39,762 nt of DNA from a virus (taxonomy: Duplodnaviria; Caudoviricetes): positions 1 through 39,762 of the IMG/VR virus record IMGVR_UViG_3300037047_000003; one strand, given 5' to 3'. The translations under genes and the position numbers were made by a program. The stretch's first letter is position 1. Each line of letters begins with the position of its first letter. Positions 1 to 9,536 of this stretch are shown one piece after another. The notes under the pieces were generated by a model, which saw only the letters and a program-made list of their open reading frames with translations, searched no databases and was not told the origin of the DNA.

Positions 1-127
1 GTTGGCGGCGTCGTGGTGGTCGTGATGCGCGTCTCGCCATCGGAGCACAGCCAAAGGTAGGTGGTCGCGTCGTCCGTGACCAGTTGCGTCATAGCCCCGT
101 TCGCGTACCACACGCTCCTCGCCAGTA
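1..127. repeat. 127-bp terminal direct repeat (copy 1); circular assembly overlap
   Basis: Bases 1-127 are identical to 39636-39762. 127 is a common assembler k-mer size, and a reading frame runs cleanly across the join. Confidence 0.95.
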
Positions 128-344
128 CGAGCGTACCGCTTGGGATCGTGACCGTCAGCCCGGACGCCGTACAGACGCCGCCGCTCAGTACGCCGGGGAC
201 CGACTGGTACGAGAGCGCGTCCTGCGGGTCCTTGAAGTCGCGTAGCAGGTACGCGGCGTCTATCACGTCGCCGGACGCGAACTCCTTGAGGCCGCTCGCT
301 CCGGCGTTGGCCGCCGTCGTCCCGTTGATCGTCTGCCAAGGCAT
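1..344 (-). CDS. Virion/tail protein, 5' part; continues across the circular join into 39368-39635 (~203 aa total)
   Basis: ATG at 344 with SD GAGGAG at 353-358. Open frame MPWQTINGTT...GVLSGGVCTASGLTVTIPSGTLVLARSVWYANG is in frame with ORF 39368..39748. Located in the tail module. Confidence 0.8.
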   Translation of the reverse strand, partial: MPWQTINGTTAANAGASGLKEFASGDVIDAAYLLRDFKDPQDALSYQSVPGVLSGGVCTASGLTVTIPSGTLVLARSVWYANGAMTQLVTDDATTYLWLCSDGETRITTTTTPP

Positions 345-356
345 GCAGTTAGCTCC

Positions 357-3146
357 TCACGACGCCACGAGCGCCCACGTCGCGCACAGGTCCTGCGAGC
401 CGTAGATGCTGATGACGCCCGCCGTATCCACAGCCAGCAGCATGATGTCTCTCCGAGCGTCTCGCGCCATGTCCACGACCGTTCCGGCGAGCGCCCCGCC
501 GTTGTAGTTCACGTCAGCCGCAGCGCTCCACGTATCGCCGCCGTCGCCCGACCGCTGATACCTGATGTTCGCGCCGTTCTCCCACACAACCACCCAGATG
601 CCGCGTTCGCTGTCTACCTCGATGGCCGCGCTCGTTGCTGTCATGGTGTCTGGTGTCCCGGCGGTCAGGCCGCTATCGTAACTGACGTACAGCTTCAGCG
701 TTCCGTCTCCAACGTCGCCGAGCATGAGCAGGCTGCCGCGGCGTGGATCGGTCCGTAGCTTGAGCCAGCTTTCGACCGCGTACTCGCCGCTCTCCTGAAG
801 CAGCCCGAACCTCCAGAGGTTGTAGGTCCTCACCCGCGACTCGAAGCCGACGTGGAGCCATTGCCTCGGGCCGTCAGCCTCAATCGCGCCGAGGCCGCCC
901 GTCGGCGTGACGGCGAAGCACCGACGGAGCCGCGTGCCGCCGTAGACCATCCCGTCAATCCGTGGAGGCGTCGCCCCGACCGATGCGAGCGTCTGATGGC
1001 TGTAGCCTGCGCGTCCCCATGGCGTGCCTGTCAGGTACTCGCCGCGCTTGTCGCTTTCGCCAACACCGGCGTTAGTGTGAGCCGGCAGTTCCTTCAGCGT
1101 GACCGGCGCGGCCTCGTATGGTAGGCCGACCGTGGTGAGCACCAGCCCCATGGACGCGCCGCGCATGTACCGCCCGCCCTTGATGATCGCGCGCCCCTCC
1201 TCGCCGGTCGTCCCGTAGCGCCACCGCTCCGCGCCTTCGAGCAGGCCGAACACGTCACCGCACATCGGGTAGATGTCGACCTTATCCACGAGCATCTGCG
1301 CCACGAGCGTGTACGAGTCGGACACGTCTACGTCGAGCGCATAGCGCCACTCGCCCGCCACGTAGGCGATGCCGCTGCCCTCGCACCATGAGGCGTTGCG
1401 GTTGCGGTTGAGCAGGCCGTACTCCCAATCCGAACCCTCAGCGCCGTCGGCCACGTCAATCCCTGCGTCGAGCACCGCCGTCCATCCGGGGTTTCGCACG
1501 ACGCCCGTGTCGGATGCGTTCACGTCGTCAATCAGGTTGTCGAGCGTCCGGGCCGCGTGCGTAGTCGGCGTGCCCACCGTGCGCGTCCAGTCTGCTTCAT
1601 CAAGTGAGCGCCGCCCGTCGGTGTCGCCTCTGAGCAGAGGCCGCTTGTACTGGTTTGCCGTGCCGCTCGCCGCCCAATACAGGTGCGGTGCAACGACATT
1701 CAGGAGCGAGTGACCCTCCGGGTCGGCGGTCCAGGTGTCTCGCGATAGGTAGACGCCATCCGCCGGCACGACGCAGGTGACGCCAGCCTCAGCCGTGAGC
1801 GTATACTCAGCGACGTTGACGACGCCCCACATCGCGCCATCCCCCGAGACGGTATCCACGACCGTCGGGATCGGCCAGCGGCTATCACGAGCGTCGGTCG
1901 TGACGGCGAGGTTGCCCGGCCCGCACAGGTCGAACGTCGCCAAGCCGGTTGCGTTGGTTGTCACGGTCCAGGATTTGGCTCCGATGTCAAGCTGCACCGC
2001 CGACGCCGCCTGGTTGGTGTCAACCAGCAGGTATCGGTATCCTGCCATGCTGACCGCCGTGAGGAACGTCCGGACTGAGCCCGTATCGCCGAACGAGTAG
2101 TCGCCGTCGAGCGCCACCGTCGCTGCTTGCGTGATTGTGCCGAGGTCGTAGTAAGCACCACGGATCAGGAGCCTCCATTGATTGACGTTCTCGCCGTCGG
2201 GCGGCACGAGCCAGTGGTAGACGGGCGAGGTGTGCTCGGCAAGCGTCACGCTGTCCTGCAACGTCACATCGCAGTAGCCGGACATGGCGTGCGTCTGTTG
2301 CGTGACAGAACCCGAGTAACTGCCACCTGTCGGGCCTATATCTGCATAAGCCTCGCCGGCCTTGCGCCGGACGCGCACCGTGCCGCCAGCCGTGTATGCC
2401 GCGTTGTCGGCACGGAGTTGCCCTGCAATGTCGAACCCCTGCGGGGGCACGGCTTCCATGACGATGGACCCCGTGCAGGAGTCGCGGTCATCGGTCGTGA
2501 CGTAGGTGTCAGCGCCGTCGGTGTAGATGGCCGCACCGCCGCCGGACTTGGAGTACACCGGCGTTGACAGCCCGAGATATGCCACGTTCCGCACGCGGGC
2601 ATCCTGGTCGGATTTCGCGCTGGAGGCCGCGATCTCGACATGGAGCCTGTACTCGCCCTTGATGACCTCCTCGGACGAGAGCGTGTCGGTTGCCGTCACG
2701 GTCCTTGAGTTGAGCGTCAGCGTCGCGGTGATCGTTCCGCCATTCTTCGTCCGTTCCTCGAACGTCGCCACCGCGTCACCCGGCACGTCGCCGTCCACCG
2801 CCGCGCCGCCGTAGGTTGGAGCCGACGCGCCCTCGGAGTAAGTGACCCACTCCTCAACATCTACAGAGAACTCGAACGATCCTGACAGACTCGCGTCCGT
2901 GAGGAGCGTGTTATGCGTATCGGCATCCGACGATCCATACGCGTTGTCGCAGTTTATGACGCGTGATGTAGCCCCCGCTACGATGTTCGCCGTGAGCATG
3001 GCGTCGGCTAGCCAGTCCACCCAGAGCGTGATGTTGAACACGTTGGTCTTGAGACTCGGACCGGGCAACAGTTCGTAACGCACGCGCCCCGTGATGTCGC
3101 CTGTGACGCTGAGTGTCCGGCTTCGCCCGGTCTTGTACGCTGCCAT
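357..3146 (-). CDS. Large tail/baseplate protein (929 aa) with C-terminal BNR/Asp-box-like repeats
   Basis: Long Thr/Gly/Asp-rich ORF downstream of tape measure. Asp-box-like motifs SYDSGLT, SGDGGDTW and SQDLCATW near the C-terminus. Confidence 0.7.
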   Translation of the reverse strand: MAAYKTGRSRTLSVTGDITGRVRYELLPGPSLKTNVFNITLWVDWLADAMLTANIVAGATSRVINCDNAYGSSDADTHNTLLTDASLSGSFEFSVDVEEWVTYSEGASAPTYGGAAVDGDVPGDAVATFEERTKNGGTITATLTLNSRTVTATDTLSSEEVIKGEYRLHVEIAASSAKSDQDARVRNVAYLGLSTPVYSKSGGGAAIYTDGADTYVTTDDRDSCTGSIVMEAVPPQGFDIAGQLRADNAAYTAGGTVRVRRKAGEAYADIGPTGGSYSGSVTQQTHAMSGYCDVTLQDSVTLAEHTSPVYHWLVPPDGENVNQWRLLIRGAYYDLGTITQAATVALDGDYSFGDTGSVRTFLTAVSMAGYRYLLVDTNQAASAVQLDIGAKSWTVTTNATGLATFDLCGPGNLAVTTDARDSRWPIPTVVDTVSGDGAMWGVVNVAEYTLTAEAGVTCVVPADGVYLSRDTWTADPEGHSLLNVVAPHLYWAASGTANQYKRPLLRGDTDGRRSLDEADWTRTVGTPTTHAARTLDNLIDDVNASDTGVVRNPGWTAVLDAGIDVADGAEGSDWEYGLLNRNRNASWCEGSGIAYVAGEWRYALDVDVSDSYTLVAQMLVDKVDIYPMCGDVFGLLEGAERWRYGTTGEEGRAIIKGGRYMRGASMGLVLTTVGLPYEAAPVTLKELPAHTNAGVGESDKRGEYLTGTPWGRAGYSHQTLASVGATPPRIDGMVYGGTRLRRCFAVTPTGGLGAIEADGPRQWLHVGFESRVRTYNLWRFGLLQESGEYAVESWLKLRTDPRRGSLLMLGDVGDGTLKLYVSYDSGLTAGTPDTMTATSAAIEVDSERGIWVVVWENGANIRYQRSGDGGDTWSAAADVNYNGGALAGTVVDMARDARRDIMLLAVDTAGVISIYGSQDLCATWALVAS

Positions 3147-3386
3147 CTACCCGAGCACGTCGCCGCCGCCGAACGACGAGAACCCTGCGAGGTAGATGAA
3201 GCCGCCGGTTGTGGTCTGCGCCGCCTCGACGTTCAGCGTCGCCGGCAGCTTCGATGGGTCGGCCACGGCCAGTTCGAGCGACCGGAACCCCGACGACCGG
3301 GGCGCACGGGACGCGAACCCGCGCCTCTGGTCGCCAGCGTGCCGTATCGCCGACTGGAGGATGCCCCGCGCCTGTGTGCTATCCAT
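3147..3386 (-). CDS. Small tail-module protein (79 aa)
   Basis: ATG at 3386 overlaps the end of the upstream gene; stop abuts the next ATG at 3146. Confidence 0.6.
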   Translation of the reverse strand: MDSTQARGILQSAIRHAGDQRRGFASRAPRSSGFRSLELAVADPSKLPATLNVEAAQTTTGGFIYLAGFSSFGGGDVLG

Positions 3387-5670
3387 GCAGTTCGCGCTCC
3401 CATTGCGTGTCGAGTTCCAGCGTGACCTCCTCGACGTAGCCCTCCACCAGCGCCGCGCCAAGCCCGTCAGGCCACGTCAGCCCCATGCCCTGCTGCACGC
3501 GGATCGTGCGCCTCTTGATCCACATCTCGGCCAGCGTCTCGCCGCCGTCGCGCTCGATGGTGACGTAGACATTTGGCACGATGGTCGTGTGCCAGTCGGC
3601 CATCTGGAGGGTCGCCTTGATGCGCCTGTGGGCCACGGCGTCATACACGCGCCGGGCCATCAGCAGCACCTCCTGCGATGTCGGAGCCTCGCCCAGCGTC
3701 CCGAGCAGGAGCACCGCGCGCCCGAGGTAGTCCGGGCTCGTCTCGTCGTCCAGGCTGTCCTGATTGACCATCGGCGGTGAGCAATACCGGATCGCTCCGC
3801 TGTCGGGGTCCGTGACGCCCATGATCTGTATGACGTTCGCCTCTGGAGGCTCGGGCCGGAACATCGCCTGAGAGTACGCGAACACGTCGGCGTCCGGGTC
3901 ACGGTCGTCCGAGTACGGCGTGAACGTCAGCGCGCCCGTGACGGTGCTCGACGCCCTCTGCTCCGTCACCCAGCCGTCGGTCGTGTAGTCGTAGCGCAGT
4001 ATCCACTCGCCCTGCTGTGTTCGCGTGTGGAGTAGGATAGTGTCGAGTGCCTCGATGCCGCTGTCGCCGAGGTTTGGGGCGTACCGCCACGTCCGGCCCG
4101 TCGCCGATCCCGGCACGAACAGGTTGGCGAGCGCGGGGCTCTGCGTCACGATAGCGGCCCATCCCGATGCCTTAAGCACTGTGTCAACAGCGTTCGCAAC
4201 CGTCATCCAGTCGAACGCGCTTTGCAGGTTGACGTGCGCCTCCTCGATGCGCCAGAACCGATCCCTGAGCGAGCACTTCGCCCGATACCACGTCCCGGAC
4301 GCGTCAACGCCCGTGTCCAGTTCCCAATCGCGGGCGATGCCGTCAAACGCTGTCACCCATGTCGTCTCGTCGTGCGAATACTCCAGCAGGCAGGTCGTGT
4401 CGCCGCGCTGCGCTATGGCCTGCGCCGTCACGCCTTCGAGGAGCATCTCAGCCGAGCCCTCGTTGCGAAGCTGCTCGTCCTGCGACCACTCAATGGCCGT
4501 GACCTTGGGCACGACGTATGGGGTCGTGGTCCGCGCCGTCCGCACCGGAGCCCACTCCACGGTATGGCCGACCACAAACGGCGTGTAGGTCGTATTGGAT
4601 GTCGTGAGCGTGAGTTGCACACGGCCCATGCGGTCGGTGCCTGCGACGTATGCGCCGGCGGGTCCCAACAGTGCGCCCGTGACCAACGCGCCCGGGTTCG
4701 GCGCGGACAGGTACGGCATGCAGGTGGGCGTCACCGCCGCAGGCCCAGCAGTGTAGAGCGTCATGGGGTCGAACCAGCCGTCAACGAACGTGCCGGACGC
4801 CGCGTACCGCGTCTGTTGTACAGCCATGACGTTCGCCGTGTACGGATTGAGCGCGATGGTGAGCGCCGACGCCTCTGCGATCACCGGCCCGGTCGCGGCA
4901 TGGTCCCACTTGCCGGGGTAAGGAACCAGCACGCCATGCCCGACCGCCACCTCGGACGATCCCGCCTGCTGCTGCCCCTGGGCCATCGCCTGCGGGTAGT
5001 GGAGCGCGATGCCCATGCCGGGGACCGGCGTGACCGCCAGGAACCCAGTGCGCGCCATCTGCTGCCCCGGACCGCATATGGAGCCAGCGTGCTGGAGCGT
5101 CGGCGCTCCGGTCATCGTCGCGCTGTCGGCGGTCCATGCATAGAGCCGGTATTCCCCGGCGCCGGAGATGTGGAGGAATAGGTTGCCCCACTGGAGGGCG
5201 AACCAGTTTGCGCGCCGCATAAGTTCGTCGGTCAGGTTGTGGTAGTAGACGACGAACCCCTCGTCTGCCGCGAGGCTCCACTCGCGCGACACCATGGCCC
5301 AGTACAACGTGTCCTCGGTGTCCGGGTCCACCGTCTGGAGGTAGGTGCCGACGGTCGTGAGTTCCACGTCGGTGTAAGCCCAGCCCTGCGGGTACACCAG
5401 CGAGAACAGGCTCGTCTCCTGCGGCGAGCGCGTGACCGGCTGCCACATCCCTGCGTCCTTGACGCTCCAAGCACCGTAGCCGCGCATGTTGCTCGCGTAG
5501 TCGCCGGAGAGCCACGACGGCTTGAGCCACAGTAGGCGCGTCACGGGGTCGCGCCATGTGTTGGTGTAGACGCCCTCGCGCTGCGAGAAGTCCGCCGCGT
5601 GTACCGACCTGATAAAGCCCGGCTCGGTCGGCGTCTCCATCTGCGTGTCGAGGGTCAGCCGCCAGTACAT
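3379..5670 (-). CDS. Tail protein (763 aa), probable baseplate hub/Tal-like
   Basis: First gene after tape measure; long ORF with GC-rich third positions. Function inferred from position. Confidence 0.65.
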   Translation of the reverse strand: MYWRLTLDTQMETPTEPGFIRSVHAADFSQREGVYTNTWRDPVTRLLWLKPSWLSGDYASNMRGYGAWSVKDAGMWQPVTRSPQETSLFSLVYPQGWAYTDVELTTVGTYLQTVDPDTEDTLYWAMVSREWSLAADEGFVVYYHNLTDELMRRANWFALQWGNLFLHISGAGEYRLYAWTADSATMTGAPTLQHAGSICGPGQQMARTGFLAVTPVPGMGIALHYPQAMAQGQQQAGSSEVAVGHGVLVPYPGKWDHAATGPVIAEASALTIALNPYTANVMAVQQTRYAASGTFVDGWFDPMTLYTAGPAAVTPTCMPYLSAPNPGALVTGALLGPAGAYVAGTDRMGRVQLTLTTSNTTYTPFVVGHTVEWAPVRTARTTTPYVVPKVTAIEWSQDEQLRNEGSAEMLLEGVTAQAIAQRGDTTCLLEYSHDETTWVTAFDGIARDWELDTGVDASGTWYRAKCSLRDRFWRIEEAHVNLQSAFDWMTVANAVDTVLKASGWAAIVTQSPALANLFVPGSATGRTWRYAPNLGDSGIEALDTILLHTRTQQGEWILRYDYTTDGWVTEQRASSTVTGALTFTPYSDDRDPDADVFAYSQAMFRPEPPEANVIQIMGVTDPDSGAIRYCSPPMVNQDSLDDETSPDYLGRAVLLLGTLGEAPTSQEVLLMARRVYDAVAHRRIKATLQMADWHTTIVPNVYVTIERDGGETLAEMWIKRRTIRVQQGMGLTWPDGLGAALVEGYVEEVTLELDTQWERELHG

Positions 5671-5676
5671 GTGCCT

Positions 5677-7200
5677 CTACCCGATCCCGTAGCCGAGCGC
5701 CCGCGCCAGCGCGATCTGCGCCTCGATGCTCGACACCGCGCCCCTCGCCCTGTTGCCGCCGCCGAACATGGTGCCGCGAAGGTCGCGGAAGTTGTCGGCT
5801 ATCTCCCGCGTGTTGCGGGCCGTCTCGCGGGTCGCAGTCGAGGTGTTAGTAATGGCCGCAGCAGTGCGCCCCCATCCGGCGCCGGGGTCGGGGTCGCTTG
5901 GGAGCTTCGAGCCGCCCTTATCCATCATCCCGAACGCGCGCAGTATCTGGTCGCGTCGCTCAGGGATGCCAGCCGCGTCCGGTATGGCGGCGAAGCCCAT
6001 CGCTGCCTGCTTTGCGTAGAGCGACCGTGTGACGAATGCAGAGTTCATCTGCGATTCAGCCGCCGACCTCCACGCCGCCGCGTCCTGCCGTCGCTCTTTG
6101 CGGTTGCCCGATAGCCCGCTTTCCGCATAGGCGTCCAACGCTGCCGCTCGGGCCCTTGAGCCAATCGCGCCGGAACTCAGCATGTCCACCATCCACATCA
6201 GCCCGGCGGTCGCATTGGTCAGCGCCGTCCCGAACCACTCGCCTGCCACCTTCAGGAGTTGCGGCAACCGCTCGGCCATCGCCAGCATAGTCGCCATGAT
6301 CTTGTCGAGCGGCCCGAGCGTGTTGGTGCCGATGGTGCCGAACACCGCCGCCAGCCGCGCCGCGAGATTGTCGAGGTATCCGCTATTCAGTATCCACGTT
6401 AGCCATTGACTGATGCGGTCGAATACCGGCATGAGCCCGGCCTTCAGGCTGTCGCCGAACCGCGCCACGATCTGCTGCCAGATGTCCACCATGGCGCTCA
6501 TCTTGGCTTTCCCAGTGTTGGCCGCGAGGTCGAGCGCCCTGCCGAACCGCGTGTTGATGAGTCGCTCCAACGCGGTCAGCATCTCAGTCGCGGTGCTCAT
6601 CATCTCGCCGTTGGGGCCGAACTTCGCGCCGAACTCGGCCAGCGCCGCCTTGCCAATCCCAAACGCCGACATGGCCTCGATTTCCGGCATTTGGCCCTGC
6701 GCCATGCGCCCGAAGATGGAGCCAACCGCCATCTTCTGGTATTCCTCGCCTGTGCGTTGCGTGCCCATCGTGAGCTTGGCGATCAGGGGCAGGACCTTCT
6801 CAATGCGTAGCCCCATGCCCTCGACCATCATGCCGGCGCGGGCAAGGTCCAGCGTCGTGCCTTCGGTGACAATCGCAAGCTCCTTCAGGAAGGCGAACTT
6901 CCGCGCCGCCTTGTCCGCCGATCCCGTGATGGACTCCAGACCGACGCGGATGCTCTCGAACTCGTTGGAGAGAGTAACGGCGTAGCTCGCCGCGCCCATC
7001 AGCATCCCCGGCACGCGCCCTAGCGCCCCGAGCGCGCCCGTCATGAGGTTTCCCGCCAGCGACCCGAACGCCACATCGAGCATGCCGATGCTCTTGCCCG
7101 TGTGCTGTGCCGCGACGCTGATGTCCTGAAGCCCGCTCGTCACGTCATGGACGCCCCGGATGCCGACCCGGACCAGTAGCGTCCCCAGATCAGTCGCCAT
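5677..7200 (-). CDS. Tape measure protein (507 aa)
   Basis: N-terminus ATDLGTLLVRVGI; tape-measure-like segment FESIRVGLESITGSADKAARKFAFLKELA; Ala/Gly-rich helical sequence; follows the tail chaperone. Confidence 0.88.
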   Translation of the reverse strand: MATDLGTLLVRVGIRGVHDVTSGLQDISVAAQHTGKSIGMLDVAFGSLAGNLMTGALGALGRVPGMLMGAASYAVTLSNEFESIRVGLESITGSADKAARKFAFLKELAIVTEGTTLDLARAGMMVEGMGLRIEKVLPLIAKLTMGTQRTGEEYQKMAVGSIFGRMAQGQMPEIEAMSAFGIGKAALAEFGAKFGPNGEMMSTATEMLTALERLINTRFGRALDLAANTGKAKMSAMVDIWQQIVARFGDSLKAGLMPVFDRISQWLTWILNSGYLDNLAARLAAVFGTIGTNTLGPLDKIMATMLAMAERLPQLLKVAGEWFGTALTNATAGLMWMVDMLSSGAIGSRARAAALDAYAESGLSGNRKERRQDAAAWRSAAESQMNSAFVTRSLYAKQAAMGFAAIPDAAGIPERRDQILRAFGMMDKGGSKLPSDPDPGAGWGRTAAAITNTSTATRETARNTREIADNFRDLRGTMFGGGNRARGAVSSIEAQIALARALGYGIG

Positions 7201-7348
7201 CCGTCACCTCCCCCGCGACGATGCGCGTGTACGCCAGTAGGTCAACGAGCACGGAGCCCGGCAGGTGAGCGCATTCGCGCGGATGCCGGTGCAACACCTT
7301 CAAGCACAGCGCGGCGGCTAGACCTCCGGCTGTGCTTCGCATTCCCCC
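7190..7348 (-). CDS. Tail assembly chaperone T segment (-1 frameshift extension of 7318..7752)
   Basis: The -1 frame is open from GGGGGAA (7342-7348) to TGA at 7190-7192, encoding ...GGLAAALCLKVLHRHPRECAHLPGSVLVDLLAYTRIVAGEVTDGD. It fills the gap up to the tape measure start. Confidence 0.75.
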   Translation of the reverse strand, partial: GGMRSTAGGLAAALCLKVLHRHPRECAHLPGSVLVDLLAYTRIVAGEVTDGD

Positions 7349-7752
7349 TCACGCGCCTGGGCGGCCTCCTCAATGTTGCCAGCCGAGGCGAACGTCTCCA
7401 TCACGCGCTCCCAGAGGTGCCGGAACAGGTGCGGGCGCTGCTGCGCCATCGCGATGTACAGGAGCCCCTTGCTGTCGCCCACCTTCACCGCCGGGGCCTG
7501 GTGCGCGTGGATCATGTACGCTACGCTCTGGCACATGCGCTCGGACCACTCAACGGCCTTCATCCTGATCTTCGCCGCGTCCTCGTGCGCGATGAACAAC
7601 GCCGCGAGGTCGGGCTCCCGGTAGACGAACTCCACCGGCGCGCCCGTCTCCGGGTCGGTCCCGAGCCACTGCGACACGTCAACGCGACACTCGACGATCT
7701 CCTCGGCCACGGCTGCGCCGAGCAGCGCCCCGAGGTCCTTACCGTCAGCCAT
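7318..7752 (-). CDS. Tail assembly chaperone (gpG-like, 144 aa)
   Basis: Between tail tube and tape measure genes; slippery heptamer near its 3' end; SD GGGAGG. Confidence 0.8.
   Translation of the reverse strand: MADGKDLGALLGAAVAEEIVECRVDVSQWLGTDPETGAPVEFVYREPDLAALFIAHEDAAKIRMKAVEWSERMCQSVAYMIHAHQAPAVKVGDSKGLLYIAMAQQRPHLFRHLWERVMETFASAGNIEEAAQAREGECEAQPEV
7342..7348 (-). promoter_or_regulatory. -1 programmed ribosomal frameshift site G GGG GAA
   Basis: Codons GAG GGG GAA near the chaperone 3' end. GGGGGAA is a known G/GT slippery sequence in mycobacteriophage L5. Confidence 0.72.
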
Positions 7753-7773
7753 GCTTCGAGCCTCCCTTCAAGG

Positions 7774-8196
7774 CTACGCGACTACCCCGTCTACCGGCCC
7801 CTCGATCACGAGCCGCTGCACCTGCTCACCGTCCGGCACATCCAGAGAGTTTGACATCACGAGCCCGGTGTAGGTGTAGACGCCGGTGGTCGTGGTTGTC
7901 GCCAGCGGGTCCAGCACCAGCGACGCCACGTTGCCGACCGAGAAGCCGGTCAGGATGCCGGTACTCAAGACCTGGAGGTCTATCTCGGCCCTGATCTGCG
8001 ACCGCTGCGGCCTGATCTTACGCGTAGTGTCGCCCAGCGCCGTGCCCATCTCATGCACGCTGATGCTGTCCTCGACGCGGACGCTCTTGGCCCGCGCCTT
8101 GTAGGAGGTCGCCGCCGCCAGCGTGTTGTCGCCGTCCCACGCCCCGCCGTCGGCGAGCGTAACGTCGCAGTCCTGCCCGACCAGTCTGTATGCCAT
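7774..8196 (-). CDS. Tail tube-like protein, paralog 2 (140 aa)
   Basis: Position between terminator and chaperone; beta-rich; tube-like TALGD loop motif; clear paralog of 8208..8615. Confidence 0.75.
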   Translation of the reverse strand: MAYRLVGQDCDVTLADGGAWDGDNTLAAATSYKARAKSVRVEDSISVHEMGTALGDTTRKIRPQRSQIRAEIDLQVLSTGILTGFSVGNVASLVLDPLATTTTTGVYTYTGLVMSNSLDVPDGEQVQRLVIEGPVDGVVA

Positions 8197-8207
8197 GTCA
8201 CAGCCTC

Positions 8208-8615
8208 CTACGCCGTCTCGGCGTTGCCCTCAATCACAATCCTCTGGACCTGCGGCCCGTCCGGTACGTCGAGCGAGGTGCTGATTACCAGACCGTTGTA
8301 TGTGTGGTTCGAGCCGAGCCCCGATAGCTCGTTGAACACGACCTGCGCGTACTCGCCCTCGTCAATCGCGATGATGCCCGTGCTCTCTACGTACATCTCG
8401 ATCTCGCACCGATAGGACGCGCGCTGCGGCCTGATCTTGCGGGTCGTATCCCCAAGCGCCGTCCCGACCTCGTGAACGCTGATGCTGTCGTCAAGCCGGA
8501 TGCTTCGGGCGATGCCCTTGACGCTGTTCGCGCCTTCGAGGTTGACTGTCCCATCCCATGCACCGCCGATGTTCAGCGTGCAGGAGCAGTCCTGCCCTAC
8601 GGTCCTGTATGCCAT
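8208..8615 (-). CDS. Tail tube-like protein, paralog 1 (135 aa)
   Basis: Directly follows the tail terminator gene. Shares MAYRxVGQDC, GGAWDG, GTALGDTTRKIRPQR and SLDVPDGxQVQR with the next gene. Confidence 0.75.
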   Translation of the reverse strand: MAYRTVGQDCSCTLNIGGAWDGTVNLEGANSVKGIARSIRLDDSISVHEVGTALGDTTRKIRPQRASYRCEIEMYVESTGIIAIDEGEYAQVVFNELSGLGSNHTYNGLVISTSLDVPDGPQVQRIVIEGNAETA

Positions 8616-8625
8616 GTCGAACTCC

Positions 8626-9051
8626 TCACGCGGTCCCTTGGTACAGGAACCTGTAGTTGCCGCCGAGCCGCAGGTAGCGGACTGTGCCCTCGATGGCAGG
8701 CTCGTTGATCTCGCCCGTCTTGGTGACGCGGAAGACGTGCGTCGTCGTCGTCCCGTACGTCGCCCTCACGTCAGCCAGCAGCACGTCAAGTTGGTCCGCC
8801 GCCGTCTGTATCGCAGTGTCGTCCTCAGTCTGCGCCACCAGCACAACCTCCATGTCAACCGGCTGCAGGCTGTCGCTGTCGCCCAGGCTAGCGATTGGCT
8901 CGCCTCCCGCGTGATCGTAAACGATGCAGGGGTAGGTTGGCTGCGCCACCGCCGGGGCCTTGTAGATGCGGTCGGCGACGGTCGCGTGGATGGTCGTATC
9001 GGCCACAAGCGCCGCGTACAGCCACTTCTCGGCGACGACGCAGGCATTCAT
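8626..9051 (-). CDS. Tail terminator/completion protein (DUF3168/gp17-like)
   Basis: WLYAALVADTTIHATVADRIY..AP....YPCIVY pattern; expected synteny. Confidence 0.8.
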   Translation of the reverse strand: MNACVVAEKWLYAALVADTTIHATVADRIYKAPAVAQPTYPCIVYDHAGGEPIASLGDSDSLQPVDMEVVLVAQTEDDTAIQTAADQLDVLLADVRATYGTTTTHVFRVTKTGEINEPAIEGTVRYLRLGGNYRFLYQGTA

Positions 9052-9536
9052 CGCGCGGCCAGCCTGCGGTTAAGGATGCCGACAATCTTGCCGCGGTTGC
9101 GGACCACCGCGTTCTTCATCCATGCCCACTTGCTGTTGTAGCCGAGTTCGAGCGCTGGCGCATACGGCGTGTTCGCCGATAGGACGATGTCCACACCATG
9201 CCGCCCAGATGCCCGCACACGCGCCTTGAGGCTCTTACGCGTCAGACCCGTCACGTCGCCCCAGCCGCGTCCTGCGGGCCGCCAGACCTTCGATGTGCCT
9301 GCCGGGTAGACGTAACCGCCCGGAGCCGTCGTGGACTTGACACGCACCTTCTTGCGGACCTTCATGCCCGGCTTGTAGATGAAGCGGCCTGCCCTGAGCG
9401 TGTCGCCGGTGTGCGTCTTGGCGTGATTCTCGATGACAGAGGCGATCTCCCGCGACGCCAGCGCCACGGCCCTGCTCTGCCGCTCGCGCTCCGACCGCAG
9501 GTTAAGCAGGAGACGATCCAGCCCGTCGAGGCTCAT
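9048..9536 (-). CDS. HK97 gp10-like tail completion/neck protein
   Basis: Start MSLDGLDRL via ATGA overlap; basic protein with TGLTRKSL and NTPYAPALELG motifs. Confidence 0.75.
   Translation of the reverse strand: MSLDGLDRLLLNLRSERERQSRAVALASREIASVIENHAKTHTGDTLRAGRFIYKPGMKVRKKVRVKSTTAPGGYVYPAGTSKVWRPAGRGWGDVTGLTRKSLKARVRASGRHGVDIVLSANTPYAPALELGYNSKWAWMKNAVVRNRGKIVGILNRRLAAR

Noticed and set aside
1-127. Biological terminal repeat of the virion DNA
   Set aside because: The length equals a common assembler k-mer and the repeat falls mid-gene, so it is best read as a circular assembly overlap.
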